From Actinomycetota bacterium (lineage in GTDB: Bacteria; Actinomycetota; Acidimicrobiia; Acidimicrobiales; JAJPHE01), in NCBI GenBank assembly GCA_027315345.1, contig DAHUYE010000090.1, positions 112,241-176,240 on the forward strand: 64,000 nucleotides of DNA. The letters run 5' to 3'. The position numbers were made by a program, and so were the translations under genes. The notes under the pieces are model-generated. The model worked only from the letters and a program-made list of their open reading frames with translations. It ran no database searches and was not told the origin of the DNA. Shown piece after piece: positions 44,238 through 54,483 of the stretch (its first letter is position 1; each line of letters begins with the position of its first letter).

Positions 44238-45506
44238 GTGAAGTTCGTCTGGTTCAACCTCATGCCCTGGCCCCATCTCCCGGACGACTTCCGGGAGAAG
44301 CACCACTCGGTATGGGTCGACATCGACAGCCGGCTCTACGACCCGGCCCAGGGCCACGTCCTGTACCACGAGTACATGGACCAGCTCGAGTACGCCGACT
44401 CCCTCGGCTTCGACGGCATCGGGGTCAACGAGCACCACCAGAACGGCTACGGCCTCATGCCCAGCCCCAACATCATCGCCGCCGGGCTCGCCCGGCGGAC
44501 GTCGAAGGCGGCCATCGCCGTCATAGGCAACTCCATCGCCCTTTACAACCCCCCGGTGCGGGTGGCCGAGGAATTCGCCATGCTCGATGTGATATCCGGG
44601 GGCCGGCTGCTGGCCGGCTTCCCGGTCGGCACGTCGATGGACACCAACTACTGCTACGGCCAGATCCCGGCTCTGACCCGGGACAAGTATCAAGAGGCCC
44701 ACACCCTCATCCGGCGGGCCTGGGCCGAGCCCGAGCCGTTCGCCTTCGACGGCAAGTACAACCAGCTCCGGTACGTCAACACCTGGCCCAAGCCGATCCA
44801 GCAGCCCCATCCCCCCATCTACATCCCGGGGGGCGGTTCCATCGAGACCTGGGACTTCTGCGTGGAGAACGACTACAACTACTCCTACCTCTCCTTCGGC
44901 GGGTACATAGCCGGCAAGCGGCTCCTGGACGGATACTGGGAGCGGGTGGCCACTCTGGGAGCGGACGAGTCCCCGTACCGCGGCGCTTTCGCCCAGATCA
45001 TCTGCGTGGCCGACACCGACGCAGAGGCCGAGGAGCTCTATGCCGAACACATCCTCTACTTCTACAACCGGTGCCTGCACGTGTTCCCCGGTTTCGCCGA
45101 TGCTCCCGGCTACCGGACCATCAAGACCCTCCAGGCCGGCGCCCTGGGCCAGTTGCGCCAGGCCGCCCAACGTCGCTTCTCGGAACTGACCTGGAAGGAC
45201 CTGGTGGAGGGCGGCTACGTCATAGCCGGCAGCCCCGAAACGGTCCGGGACCGAATGAAGGACATGATCGAGGGTCTCCACATCGGAACGGTGTTCTGCC
45301 TGATGCACAACGGGAATATGCCGGATTGGAAGACGAGGTATTCGACCAGGCTCTTCGCCGAGAAGGTCATGCCCCACCTCCAGGACATGTGGCCGGACTG
45401 GAAGGGCGACGACCGCTGGTGGTGCAAGCCCCTGGACAACCGGCTCGACCCTCTGGAGACGGTCGGAGGCCGGGCCCGGAGCGAACTGACCGAGGCGGGC
45501 CAGTGA
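44238..45506 (+). CDS. LLM-class flavin-dependent oxidoreductase (large luciferase-like type)
   Basis: GTG 44238 (VKFVWFNLMPWPHLPDDF). FDGIGVNEHHQN and LDVISGGRLLAGF. Confidence 0.85.
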   Translation: MKFVWFNLMPWPHLPDDFREKHHSVWVDIDSRLYDPAQGHVLYHEYMDQLEYADSLGFDGIGVNEHHQNGYGLMPSPNIIAAGLARRTSKAAIAVIGNSIALYNPPVRVAEEFAMLDVISGGRLLAGFPVGTSMDTNYCYGQIPALTRDKYQEAHTLIRRAWAEPEPFAFDGKYNQLRYVNTWPKPIQQPHPPIYIPGGGSIETWDFCVENDYNYSYLSFGGYIAGKRLLDGYWERVATLGADESPYRGAFAQIICVADTDAEAEELYAEHILYFYNRCLHVFPGFADAPGYRTIKTLQAGALGQLRQAAQRRFSELTWKDLVEGGYVIAGSPETVRDRMKDMIEGLHIGTVFCLMHNGNMPDWKTRYSTRLFAEKVMPHLQDMWPDWKGDDRWWCKPLDNRLDPLETVGGRARSELTEAGQ

Positions 45507-46291
45507 TGGGCTGGGAGCGGATCGACACCGCCAAGGGAACCTCGTGCCGGGTATGGCGCCATGGCCAGGGCTCCCCCCTTGTCTACCTGCACGGCAGCGC
45601 CGGGATCCTGGAAGCGGACGGACTGCTGTCGGCCCTGGCCCGAGAGCACACCGTGTACGCGCCGGAACTGCCCGGCTTCGGGGAGTCGAGCGGGGAGGAG
45701 TTGCTGGAGGACATGCTCGATTTCACCCTCCACGGCTGGGACGTGGTCAATGCCCTCGGCCTGGACCGTCCCACCCTGGTGGGTCACTCACTCGGGGGCA
45801 TGGTGGCGGCCGAGATGGCCTGCGTCTGCCCGGAACGGGTCGAGCACCTAGGCCTCATCGCCCCGGCTGGGCTGTGGATGGACGAGCACCCGGTAGCCGA
45901 CATATTCGGCGTGCTGCCCCAGTCCCTGCCCGGGCTCCTGTTCCATGACCCGGCCCAGGGAGCCGCCGCTCTGACCGGTGGGGTGGACTTCTCCGACGAC
46001 GACGCCCTGGTCAGCTTCTTCGTGGAAAATGCCCGGCGCCTGGGCACGGCCGGAAAGCTCCTTTTCCCCATCCCCAACCGCCGCCTGTCCAAGCGCATCT
46101 ATCGCCTGGCGGCCCGGACCGCGGTCATCTGGGGCGAGAGCGACCGGCTGATCCCCCCGGTATACGCCTCCCGCTGGGGCCAGCTCATCCCCGGGGCGGA
46201 AGTGGTGCTGATCCCCGACGCCGGCCACATGGTCACCCTGGAAGCACCGGCGGCGGTGGCCGACGCCATCGAGAAGCTGCTGGTCCGATGA
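45506..46291 (+). CDS. alpha/beta hydrolase
   Basis: Nucleophile elbow GHSLGG, C-terminal DAGH histidine motif, 261 aa. Start overlaps the LLM stop. Confidence 0.85.
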   Translation: MGWERIDTAKGTSCRVWRHGQGSPLVYLHGSAGILEADGLLSALAREHTVYAPELPGFGESSGEELLEDMLDFTLHGWDVVNALGLDRPTLVGHSLGGMVAAEMACVCPERVEHLGLIAPAGLWMDEHPVADIFGVLPQSLPGLLFHDPAQGAAALTGGVDFSDDDALVSFFVENARRLGTAGKLLFPIPNRRLSKRIYRLAARTAVIWGESDRLIPPVYASRWGQLIPGAEVVLIPDAGHMVTLEAPAAVADAIEKLLVR

Positions 46292-46674
46292 ACAACGGCA
46301 AGGAAGTCCTGGACGAGCTGCGGGGGCCGGCCCTGCGCCTGCGGGAGCAGATCCCAGAGGTGTGGGGCGCCTACGCCCGCCTCCACGCCGCCGCCATGGG
46401 AGAGGGGCGACTCGACGTCAAGACCAAGGAACTGGTGGCACTGGGCATCTCGGTGACCCGCCAGTGCGACGGCTGCATCGCCTCCCACGCCCGGGGGGCG
46501 GCCCGGGCCGGGGCCACACCGGAGGAGGTGGCCGAGGCGCTGGGGGTGGCGGTCATGATGAACGGTGGGCCCGGCACCGTGTACGGACCCCGGGCCTTCG
46601 ACGCCTTCATGGAGTTCCACCTGGGCAACGCCGCCGAGCCCGGTCCGGCCGCTCCCGGCCACGATCACGGCTGA
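46288..46674 (+). CDS. carboxymuconolactone decarboxylase (AhpD-like) family protein
   Basis: CxxC-type motif TRQCDGCIASH. 128 aa. ATGA overlap. Confidence 0.88.
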   Translation: MNNGKEVLDELRGPALRLREQIPEVWGAYARLHAAAMGEGRLDVKTKELVALGISVTRQCDGCIASHARGAARAGATPEEVAEALGVAVMMNGGPGTVYGPRAFDAFMEFHLGNAAEPGPAAPGHDHG

Positions 46675-46728
46675 GGCAGGACCGCTCGGTCTGAGGGCGC
46701 CGGGGGCTCCGGTAAGGTCGGCCCCGCC

Positions 46729-48141
46729 GTGGTACTCCGGGACGCAGCCCAGCGCCTAAGGGCCCCCACCGACCTGGCCGGGGCCTTGGCCGCCGTGGTC
46801 GGCGCCGCCCACACTCTCTCCGATCCGGGCGTGGTGAGCTCCTTCACCACCGACTGGACCCGGCGCTTCCAGGGGCCGGCCCGGATGGTCGTGCGTCCGG
46901 CCGACACCGCCGAGGTGGCCGCCGTGATCCGGGCCTGCTCCGACGCCGGCGCCGGCCTGGTGATCCAGGGGGGCAACACCGGGCTGGTCGGTGGTTCGGT
47001 CCCCGCCGCCCACCCCGGCCCCGGTGGACCTCCCGTCCTTATGTCGATGACCAGGCTGGACGGCATCGGCCCGGTGGACAAGGTGGCGTCCCAGATCACA
47101 GTAGGGGCAGGAGTCACCCTGGCTGCCCTGCAGAAGGCGGCCCGGGCCGCCGGCCTCGAGTTCCCCGTGGACCTGGCCGCCCGGGACAGCGCCACCATCG
47201 GCGGGATGATCGCCACCAACGCCGGGGGCGTGCACGTCATCCGCTATGGCGGCACGCGGGCGCAGGTGGTGGGCGTGGAGGCGGTGCTGGCCGACGGGAC
47301 GGTCATCTCCAGGCTAGGCGGGCTGGTGAAGGACAACACCGGCTACGACTTGTCCCAGCTGCTAGTGGGCTCGGAGGGAACCCTCGGGGTGGTGACGGCG
47401 GCCCGCCTCCGCCTCGTCCCCCACCTGCCGGAGCGGGCCGTGCTCCTGCTCGGCCTGGAGTCGACCCACGCCGCCACCGAACTGGTGGCCCATCTGCGCA
47501 CCCGCCTGAGCGGGCTCAGCGCGGCGGAGATCTTCTACCGGGAGGGCATGGAGCTGGTCTGCCGCCACTCGGGGCTGACCCCGCCATGGCCGGAGCCGTC
47601 GGCGGTCTACCTGCTGATCGAGTGCAGCGGGCGGACCAGCCCGCTGGAGGAGATGATGGAAGCCCTCAGCGACCTGGAGGTGGACGACGCGGCCACGGCC
47701 GTGGCCACCGATCCCTCCGGCATCGAGAGGCTGTGGGCCTACCGGGAGCGGCACACCGAGTCCGTGTCGGCCCTCGGGGTCCCCCACAAGCTGGACATCA
47801 CGCTGCCCCTAGGCGCCCTGGGGGAGTTCGAGCCGGCCGTGCGGGCTCGAGTCGAGGAGGTGGCCCCGGGGTCTACGGCCATCCTCTGGGGTCACGTCGG
47901 GGATGGGAACATCCACGTGAACGTGGTGGGGCCGGGGCCTGAGGACGAGACGGTGGACTTTGCCGTGCTCGAACTGGTGGCCGGCCTGGGGGGCAGCATC
48001 AGCGCCGAGCACGGCATCGGTAGAGCCAAGACGGCGTGGCTCGGCCTCAGCCGCTCCGAGTCGGAAGTGGCCGCCATGAGTGCCATCAAGACGGCCCTGG
48101 ATCCGCAGGGCATCCTCAACCCGGGAGTGTTGCTGGCGTGA
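46729..48141 (+). CDS. FAD-linked oxidase (GlcD / D-lactate dehydrogenase family)
   Basis: FAD-binding PCMH-type N-domain (VIQGGNTGLVGGSVP, DLSQLLVGSEGTLGVVT) and C-terminal SAEHGIGRAK. Confidence 0.88.
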   Translation: MVLRDAAQRLRAPTDLAGALAAVVGAAHTLSDPGVVSSFTTDWTRRFQGPARMVVRPADTAEVAAVIRACSDAGAGLVIQGGNTGLVGGSVPAAHPGPGGPPVLMSMTRLDGIGPVDKVASQITVGAGVTLAALQKAARAAGLEFPVDLAARDSATIGGMIATNAGGVHVIRYGGTRAQVVGVEAVLADGTVISRLGGLVKDNTGYDLSQLLVGSEGTLGVVTAARLRLVPHLPERAVLLLGLESTHAATELVAHLRTRLSGLSAAEIFYREGMELVCRHSGLTPPWPEPSAVYLLIECSGRTSPLEEMMEALSDLEVDDAATAVATDPSGIERLWAYRERHTESVSALGVPHKLDITLPLGALGEFEPAVRARVEEVAPGSTAILWGHVGDGNIHVNVVGPGPEDETVDFAVLELVAGLGGSISAEHGIGRAKTAWLGLSRSESEVAAMSAIKTALDPQGILNPGVLLA

Positions 48142-49364
48142 ACGACGCACAGAGAGCCGACCAGATCAGGGCGCTGCTGGTGGAGAACATCCACCCTGAC
48201 GCCGTCCGGGTGCTCGAGTCGGAAGGCTTCGAGGTGGAGCTGCTGGACCGCGCCCTGCCAGAGGTGGAGCTGATGGACAGGCTGAGGGGTGTCCACCTGC
48301 TGGGAATCCGCTCCGGCACCACCGTGAGCGCGGCGGCCCTGGCGGCCGGCTCCGACCTGCTGGCGGTGGGGGCGTTCTGCATCGGCACCAACCAGATCGA
48401 TCTGCGCCGGGCCGCCGACGCCGGCGTAGCCGTGTTCAACGCTCCGTTCTCCAACACCCGCAGCGTGGTGGAACTGGCCCTGGCCGAGATCATCGCCCTG
48501 ACCCGACGGCTCACGGACAAGAACGCCGCCATGCACGAAGGGGTCTGGGACAAGTCGGCCACGGGCAGCCATGAGGTGCGGGGCCGGCGCCTGGGCATAG
48601 TCGGGTACGGAAACATCGGCACCCAGCTCTCGGTGCTGGCCGAGAACCTGGGGCTCGGCGTCTGGTTCTACGACACCAGCGACCGCCTGGCCCTGGGCAA
48701 CGCCCGGCGCTGCGGCACCCTGGAAGAGCTGCTTGAGTCAGTCGACATCGTGACGCTGCACGTGGACGGCCGGCCCGATAACCAGGACCTGTTCGGCGAA
48801 GCCCAGTTCGCCCGCATGCGACCAGGCTCGCTCTTCCTCAACCTCAGCCGGGGCTTCGTGGTCGACCACTCCGCCCTGAGCAGCCACATCCGGTCCGGAC
48901 ATCTGGCCGGGGCCGCCATTGACGTGTTCAGCGAGGAGCCTCGCAGCAAGGCGGAGCCGTTCGTATCGGAACTCCGGGGCCTGCCGAATGTCATCCTTAC
49001 CCCGCACGTGGGTGGATCGACCGAGGAGGCTCAGCAGGACATCGGAAACTTCGTCGCCAACAAGCTGCGCAAATACGTGCTGGCCGGCTCCACCTCCCTG
49101 AGCGTGAACCTGCCCGGTCTGGAGCTGCCGGAGCGACCGGGGTGCTGCCGGCTGGCTCACATCCACCGCAACGTCCCCGGAGTGCTGGCCGAGGCCAACT
49201 CCATAGTCGCCCGCCACGCCATCAACGTCGAGGGACAGATCCTCGGCACCCGGGGCGAGGTGGGCTACGTCCTCACCGACGTCAGGTCTGAGGTGGACGA
49301 GGCTTTGGTGAAGGAGTTGTCGGCCATGGAGGCGACGGTCAACCTCAGACTGCTCAAGGTGTGA
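48138..49364 (+). CDS. serA: D-3-phosphoglycerate dehydrogenase (about 410-aa type with C-terminal ACT domain)
   Basis: GTG 48138 overlaps the upstream stop. GIVGYGNIGTQL NAD fold, LSRG, TPHVGGST, and an ACT-like tail. Confidence 0.88.
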   Translation: MNDAQRADQIRALLVENIHPDAVRVLESEGFEVELLDRALPEVELMDRLRGVHLLGIRSGTTVSAAALAAGSDLLAVGAFCIGTNQIDLRRAADAGVAVFNAPFSNTRSVVELALAEIIALTRRLTDKNAAMHEGVWDKSATGSHEVRGRRLGIVGYGNIGTQLSVLAENLGLGVWFYDTSDRLALGNARRCGTLEELLESVDIVTLHVDGRPDNQDLFGEAQFARMRPGSLFLNLSRGFVVDHSALSSHIRSGHLAGAAIDVFSEEPRSKAEPFVSELRGLPNVILTPHVGGSTEEAQQDIGNFVANKLRKYVLAGSTSLSVNLPGLELPERPGCCRLAHIHRNVPGVLAEANSIVARHAINVEGQILGTRGEVGYVLTDVRSEVDEALVKELSAMEATVNLRLLKV

Positions 49365-50785
49365 AGGGCATGCCGCAGCCAGCCTGGCGTCGGGTAGTGG
49401 ACCGCTTCAGTTCGGCCACCGAGTCCGCCCGGCTGCGCCAGCCCCAGCCCCTGATCCGTACGCGCCTGCCTTCGGGCCGCGGTGCCATGGAGCAACCCAA
49501 CGCCACCGGGGACGGTGACGTTCCTCTCACCGCCCGCTTTTGGCTGACCCTGGTGCTGGCCGGGGTGGCCACCGGCGCCTTCGGGATCGTGATGATGTTC
49601 GTCCTCTTCAGCGTCGAACACCTGGCCTTCGGATATCACTCGGGCAGCTTTGAGGCCGGGGTCGAGCACGCCTCCTCCCTGCGCCGCGTGGCGGCGGTGA
49701 CCATCGGGGGCCTGGTGGGCGGAGCGGCCTGGTACCTGCTGCGGCGCCTCACGCCGGGGGAGAAGTCAGAGGTGGATGACACGATCTGGAGCGGTGACGG
49801 CAGCCTGTCATTCCGACGCAGCCTGGGGACCTCGCTCATCTCCGAGGTGGCGGTAGGGATGGGCGGGTCCCTGGGGCGGGAGGCGGCTCCCAAGCTGATG
49901 GGCGGGGCGGCAGCCAGTGTGCTGGCAGGCTGGACCGGCCTGAGCGAAGGACAGCGACGGCTGGTGGTGGCGTGCGGCGCCGGGGCCGGTCTGGCGGCCG
50001 TCTACAACGTCCCCCTGGGCGGAGCGGTCTTCACCGCCGAGGTGCTGATCGGCAGCGTCACTCTTCCGGTCATCCTGCCCGCGGTGGTGTGTTCGGGTGT
50101 CGCCACCCTGGTGGCCTGGGCCTACCTGCCGACCCACGCCACCTATGTCGACATTCCCCAATTCCGCTTCAGCCCCACCCTCATGGTCTGGGCCCTTCTG
50201 GCCGGTCCGCTCATAGGCCTGCTGGCCAGCGCCTTCATCCGGCTGATCGGGTGGGTGTCCCACCATCGAGCATCAGGACGAGCGGTACTTCTGGCCCCGG
50301 GAGGGGCCTTCCTGATCCTCGGGCTGGTCGGGATCGGCTACCCCCAGCTGTTCGGCAACGGGAAGGGGATGGCCCACGACGCCTTCATGGGGGTCGGCAG
50401 CTTCGCCCTCCTCGGAGCTCTGTTCGTCCTCAAGCCGCTCATGACTTCGCTCTGCCTCGGAAGCGGCGCCAGCGGCGGCCTATTCACCCCGGCCCTCAGT
50501 ACGGGTGCCGTCTTCGGCGCACTGCTCGGCCTGGCGTGGTCCCTGGCCTGGCCCGGCTCCCCGGTGGGAGCCTTCGCCATGGTCGGAGCAGCGGCCATGA
50601 TCGGCGCTTCCATCCAGGCGCCACTGTCCGGCGTAGCTCTGGTCCTGGAGCTGACCCACGCCGGCTTCGGCATCATGGTCCCGATGCTGATAGCCACCGG
50701 CCTGGCCACCTTGGTGGCCCGCCATGTCGACGGCTACTCCATCTACTCGGCCCGCCTGCCGGCCCTCAGCCCGGACCAGGCCTGA
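49361..50785 (+). CDS. ClC-family chloride channel/antiporter
   Basis: GSLGREAAP, GAGLAAVYNVPLGG and GGLFTP selectivity-filter motifs. The N-terminal ~40 aa are uncertain. Confidence 0.88.
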   Translation: MKGMPQPAWRRVVDRFSSATESARLRQPQPLIRTRLPSGRGAMEQPNATGDGDVPLTARFWLTLVLAGVATGAFGIVMMFVLFSVEHLAFGYHSGSFEAGVEHASSLRRVAAVTIGGLVGGAAWYLLRRLTPGEKSEVDDTIWSGDGSLSFRRSLGTSLISEVAVGMGGSLGREAAPKLMGGAAASVLAGWTGLSEGQRRLVVACGAGAGLAAVYNVPLGGAVFTAEVLIGSVTLPVILPAVVCSGVATLVAWAYLPTHATYVDIPQFRFSPTLMVWALLAGPLIGLLASAFIRLIGWVSHHRASGRAVLLAPGGAFLILGLVGIGYPQLFGNGKGMAHDAFMGVGSFALLGALFVLKPLMTSLCLGSGASGGLFTPALSTGAVFGALLGLAWSLAWPGSPVGAFAMVGAAAMIGASIQAPLSGVALVLELTHAGFGIMVPMLIATGLATLVARHVDGYSIYSARLPALSPDQA

Positions 50786-50851
50786 CGCCGAGCCGGCGCG
50801 GCCGAGCCCCGACGGCCCCAGCCCCCGAGCGCCCCGCCCCCGGCGTCCCGG

Positions 50852-51898
50852 TCAGAGACTGGCGGCGGTCCGGGCGAAGTGGGCGATGCTCGACGCCGTC
50901 TCCCGGCTGATGTCGGGACAGAGGATGGCGAAGATTTCCGTCCCGTGCACGGTGCCCATCACCTGCCGGCACCGGGTCTTCACCCCGCTGCGCAGCAGCA
51001 GGCGGTAGAAGTTGATGCCCTCGTCGCGCAGCGGATCGCATTCGTTGACGCTGATGACGGTCGGCACCAGGCCGGTGACGTCCTCCTCGGTGGCGAAGCC
51101 GGGCCAGGCCAGCGGGTCGCCCGCCTCGAAGGCCTCGATCCCGTAGCCCATGGCCCCCCGGTTGTTGTGCAACTCCAGGAGGATGCCGTTGTTCTCGACC
51201 GAGGACGGGCTGTCCGGGGCCGGCCACTGCCCGGCGATGTAGGGACACAGGGCGTACAAGCCGCTGATCAACCCGAGGTCCCCATCCTTCTTGAGGCGCA
51301 GGCCGGTGGCCAGGGTGAGATTCCCACCCCCGCTCTCACCGGCCACGATGATGCGGCCGGCATCGATACCGAGTTCGGCCTGGTTGGCCACCACCCACTT
51401 GAGGCCCGAGACGCAGTCGTTCAGGCCGGCCGGGTAGGGGGCGACCTCTTCGGCCGAGGACGCCACCACCGAGTTGCGGAAGTCCACCATGGCCACGGCC
51501 ACGCCCTGAGCGGCGATGATCCGGCCCCAGGCCCGGTAGTTACCGTCGTAGCAGGACATGGCCGCCATCCCGCCGCCGTGGATGTAGTAGACGCAGGGCA
51601 GCGTTTCGCTTCCCTCCGGGCGGATGAAGCGGATGTTGATCTTGTTGCCATCCGGCTCCGACGCCACCGCGTACTCGGACACGGTCAGGCCCTCGGAGGG
51701 AGCCACCTCTTCACTGTCGGCGGCGTCCATGAAGGCGGTCATCATCTGGCGCATGGCCTGGGCCGCCTCGCTGGCCGCCTCGGCCAGCAGGTCGTCCCGG
51801 CTCTGCACCGACCCCAGCGGCGGGCGGTCCGGAAAGGCCCCCAACACGGCCTTTATCCTCGGATCGATCCTCGGATCCTCGTTGATCTGGTTGGACAC
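50852..51898 (-). CDS. alpha/beta hydrolase, hormone-sensitive-lipase-like esterase
   Basis: Oxyanion motif YYIHGGGMA and nucleophile GESGGGN. 348 aa. Confidence 0.88.
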   Translation of the reverse strand: MSNQINEDPRIDPRIKAVLGAFPDRPPLGSVQSRDDLLAEAASEAAQAMRQMMTAFMDAADSEEVAPSEGLTVSEYAVASEPDGNKINIRFIRPEGSETLPCVYYIHGGGMAAMSCYDGNYRAWGRIIAAQGVAVAMVDFRNSVVASSAEEVAPYPAGLNDCVSGLKWVVANQAELGIDAGRIIVAGESGGGNLTLATGLRLKKDGDLGLISGLYALCPYIAGQWPAPDSPSSVENNGILLELHNNRGAMGYGIEAFEAGDPLAWPGFATEEDVTGLVPTVISVNECDPLRDEGINFYRLLLRSGVKTRCRQVMGTVHGTEIFAILCPDISRETASSIAHFARTAASL

Positions 51899-51960
51899 CC
51901 GGCCCCCTCTCGACTGGCCCCGACCCTATCCGTTGGGCGTCGATGCGGGCCCGGGGCGGG

Positions 51961-52416
51961 TCAGACCGGCGGGGGTGTGAAGCCCGGCCCGGCCGCCTCG
52001 TCCACCAGTTCGGCCAGCCTCAACAAGCGCAGGTCACCCAGATAGGGCCCGACCACCTGCACCCCGACCGGTAGGCCGCCCGGCGTCGGACCGGTCGGGA
52101 GGGCCAGGGATGTGGCCGCCCCTCCAGACGAGCCGCCCGCCGTCCGGGCAGTGTCCCAGGGGTTGTTGGTGCGTCCGTATACGTCGTTGTAGGTCTGGAA
52201 GTCACCGGCGTAGAGCGGCACGTTGGTCTTACCGAACACGATGGCCCCGGCCGCCTTGAGCCGGGCCACGGTCAGGGCGTCGGTGCCCGGCACGTGATGG
52301 CGCAGTTCCGGAGCTCCGGCCGTGGTGACCAGGCCCTCGGTCTCCCACACGTCCTTGATGGTCATCGGCAACCCGTGGAGCGGTCCCAGGGTGGAGTCGT
52401 CTGACCCGTGGCGGAC
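51961..52416 (-). pseudogene. relic of an amidase-signature (AS) family gene, 5'-truncated with a large in-frame internal deletion
   Basis: LGPLHGLPMTIKDV...GKTN...GGSSGGAA joins directly to a typical AS C-terminus, GLPVGVQVVGP...LLRLAELVE. The GTDxGGSIR nucleophile block is absent. Similarity begins immediately after the helD stop codon, in the same frame. Confidence 0.7.
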
Positions 52417-54483
52417 TCAGAGCAGCGGGTGAGGCAGGGCGGCGTGGTGCACGACCACCATCTCCTGCACGGCCCTGGTCAGGGCGATGTAGAGGAGGCC
52501 GGGTCCACCGGACAGCCCGAAGATGTCGGCCGGCTCCGCCACGATGACAGCGTCGAACTCGAGGCCTTTGGCTTCCACCGGCTCGATGGCGCTGACCACC
52601 TGACCGGGCCCGGGAGCGAACCGTGCCCGCAGGGCCGCGGCGCGCTCCGGTGGGGCGATCACCGCCACCGACTGGTGGGTGGCAGCCAGGGTCTCGGCCC
52701 GGGCCACGACCTGAAGGTGCACATCGGCGACGGCGCCGACCGGGATCACCGTGGGCGGCTCCCCCCAGGGGCGGACGGCATCGGTCGGTCGGAGGCCGAC
52801 GGCTATCGACGGCAACAGTCGGTTGGCGAACTCCATGATCGGCCGGGGCACCCGGTAGCCGACGCTGAGCTCGGCCACCTCCGCGCCGGGTGGGCGGCCG
52901 ATGGCCGAGATCACGTCCTCCCACCGTCGCAAGGCGGCCGGGGCGGTCGCCTGGGCCAGATCCCCGAGGATGGTCATGGAGCGGCCATCGGCGCTGCGCC
53001 GGGCGGCCATGCGCCACGCCATCGGGGAGAGATCCTGGGCCTCGTCTATGACGACGTGGCCGTAGCGACGGGCGCTGGAGCCCAGGATCGAGTCGGCCTC
53101 ATCGATCAGGGCGACGTCGGCCTCGGTCCAGGGTTCCTGGGCCGCCGAGCGGGCCGGCCGGCGCGTCAGCAGCCGCATCTCGGCCGGGTCGAGGAGTCCC
53201 GACCCGGCTCGGGCCAGAGTCGAACCCCGTCCCAGCAGGCCGCGGACCAGGCCCGCCGCGCTCTGGTTGGGCCAGGCCCGGTCCAGCGCCCGCTGGAAGG
53301 GGGCATCCCGGCGCAGGTCGGCGGTGACCTCCTCGGCCCCCACCAGGGCCGGGCCCCGGCGTTCGCTCAACTCGAGAGCCACCCGGCGGATCACGGCCCG
53401 GCGGAAGCGGCTGCGCCGGAGGCCCGCCGCCCCGCCCGACTCCAAAGACTGGCCGATCAGCTCCTCCAGGTCCTTCGGGTCGAGGTGCACCGTGCCCCAG
53501 CGGGTATTGGCGGCCACTGATTCCGGCGGGGGCCTTACGTCGTCCACCGACGCCCGAGCCAGGACCTCGGCCAGGCGCGGGTCACCCTTGAGTCGGGCCA
53601 CTTCCTCGGCCTCACCGGCCCGGACCGGAGCCGAGGGGATCAGGCCCGGCAGGGTCGTCTGGACCACCGTCATCTCCCCGAGGGAGGGGAGCACTTCAGC
53701 TATGTAGGCCAGGAAGCGGCGGTTGGGGCCGAGGACGAGCACGCCCTGGCGGCTCAGGTAATCCCGATGCTCGTAGAGCAGGTAGGCGGCGCGGTGCAGG
53801 GCCACCGCCGTCTTGCCCGTGCCGGGGCCACCCTGGACGATCAGGGGAATCTCCAGGGGGGACCGGATAATCCGGTCCTGCTCGGCGGCAATGGTGGCGA
53901 CGATGTCGCGCATCGGGCCACTGCGGGCCCGTCCCAGTTCGGCCAGGAGCGGATCGGGCAGGCCGGCGGCGGCGGCCATGGCCCCCGCCTCGGGGTCATC
54001 GAAGCGCTCGTCCAACAGGTCGGTGATGGTCCGGCCGTCGAGGATGAACCGGCGCCGGAGGGCCAGTCCCAGCGGATCGAGATAGGTGGCCCGGTAGAAG
54101 GGGACGGCCACCGGCGCCCGCCAGTCCACCACCACCGGAGCGCCGGAGGAGTCCTCGACGTGGCGACGGCCGATGTACCAGGATGGCCCCGGGCGCGGCG
54201 CGCCCTCCTCCTCGTCGATGCGCCCGAAACAGAGCGGCCGGCGATCATCGGATATGGAGGCCAGGCGGTCCATCAACCGCCCATGGGCCACCGCCGCGTT
54301 CCAGTCGGCCTTGGCCCGCTCGGCGGCATCCTCGGCGGCGGCCGCGGTCCGCTCCCCCATCCGGGCCAGATGCCCGTAGGCCTGGTCCAGATAGGCCTGT
54401 TCGGCCTGGTGAACTCCGGTTCCCTCCGGGTCGGGCTGGAGAGACGAACTCACCGTGCCACGATATGGGCTGGCCCCGGCCAT
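52417..54483 (-). CDS. helD: HelD/HelR-type UvrD-like helicase (RNA polymerase recycling ATPase)
   Basis: N-terminal FGRIDEE...YIGRRHVED...VVDWRAPVAVPFYRAT and Walker A VQGGPGTGKTAVALHR. 688 aa. Confidence 0.85.
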   Translation of the reverse strand: MAGASPYRGTVSSSLQPDPEGTGVHQAEQAYLDQAYGHLARMGERTAAAAEDAAERAKADWNAAVAHGRLMDRLASISDDRRPLCFGRIDEEEGAPRPGPSWYIGRRHVEDSSGAPVVVDWRAPVAVPFYRATYLDPLGLALRRRFILDGRTITDLLDERFDDPEAGAMAAAAGLPDPLLAELGRARSGPMRDIVATIAAEQDRIIRSPLEIPLIVQGGPGTGKTAVALHRAAYLLYEHRDYLSRQGVLVLGPNRRFLAYIAEVLPSLGEMTVVQTTLPGLIPSAPVRAGEAEEVARLKGDPRLAEVLARASVDDVRPPPESVAANTRWGTVHLDPKDLEELIGQSLESGGAAGLRRSRFRRAVIRRVALELSERRGPALVGAEEVTADLRRDAPFQRALDRAWPNQSAAGLVRGLLGRGSTLARAGSGLLDPAEMRLLTRRPARSAAQEPWTEADVALIDEADSILGSSARRYGHVVIDEAQDLSPMAWRMAARRSADGRSMTILGDLAQATAPAALRRWEDVISAIGRPPGAEVAELSVGYRVPRPIMEFANRLLPSIAVGLRPTDAVRPWGEPPTVIPVGAVADVHLQVVARAETLAATHQSVAVIAPPERAAALRARFAPGPGQVVSAIEPVEAKGLEFDAVIVAEPADIFGLSGGPGLLYIALTRAVQEMVVVHHAALPHPLL

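Noticed and set aside
51850-51885. Short coding duplications: CCTCGGATCGAT/CCTCGGATCCTC in the esterase (DPRIDPRI), and CCGCCGACCATGCC x2 at about 39925-39955 in the ABC gene (GGGMVGGGMV)
   Set aside because: These are tiny in-frame slippage products within N-terminal low-complexity tails, with no functional implication that I can support.
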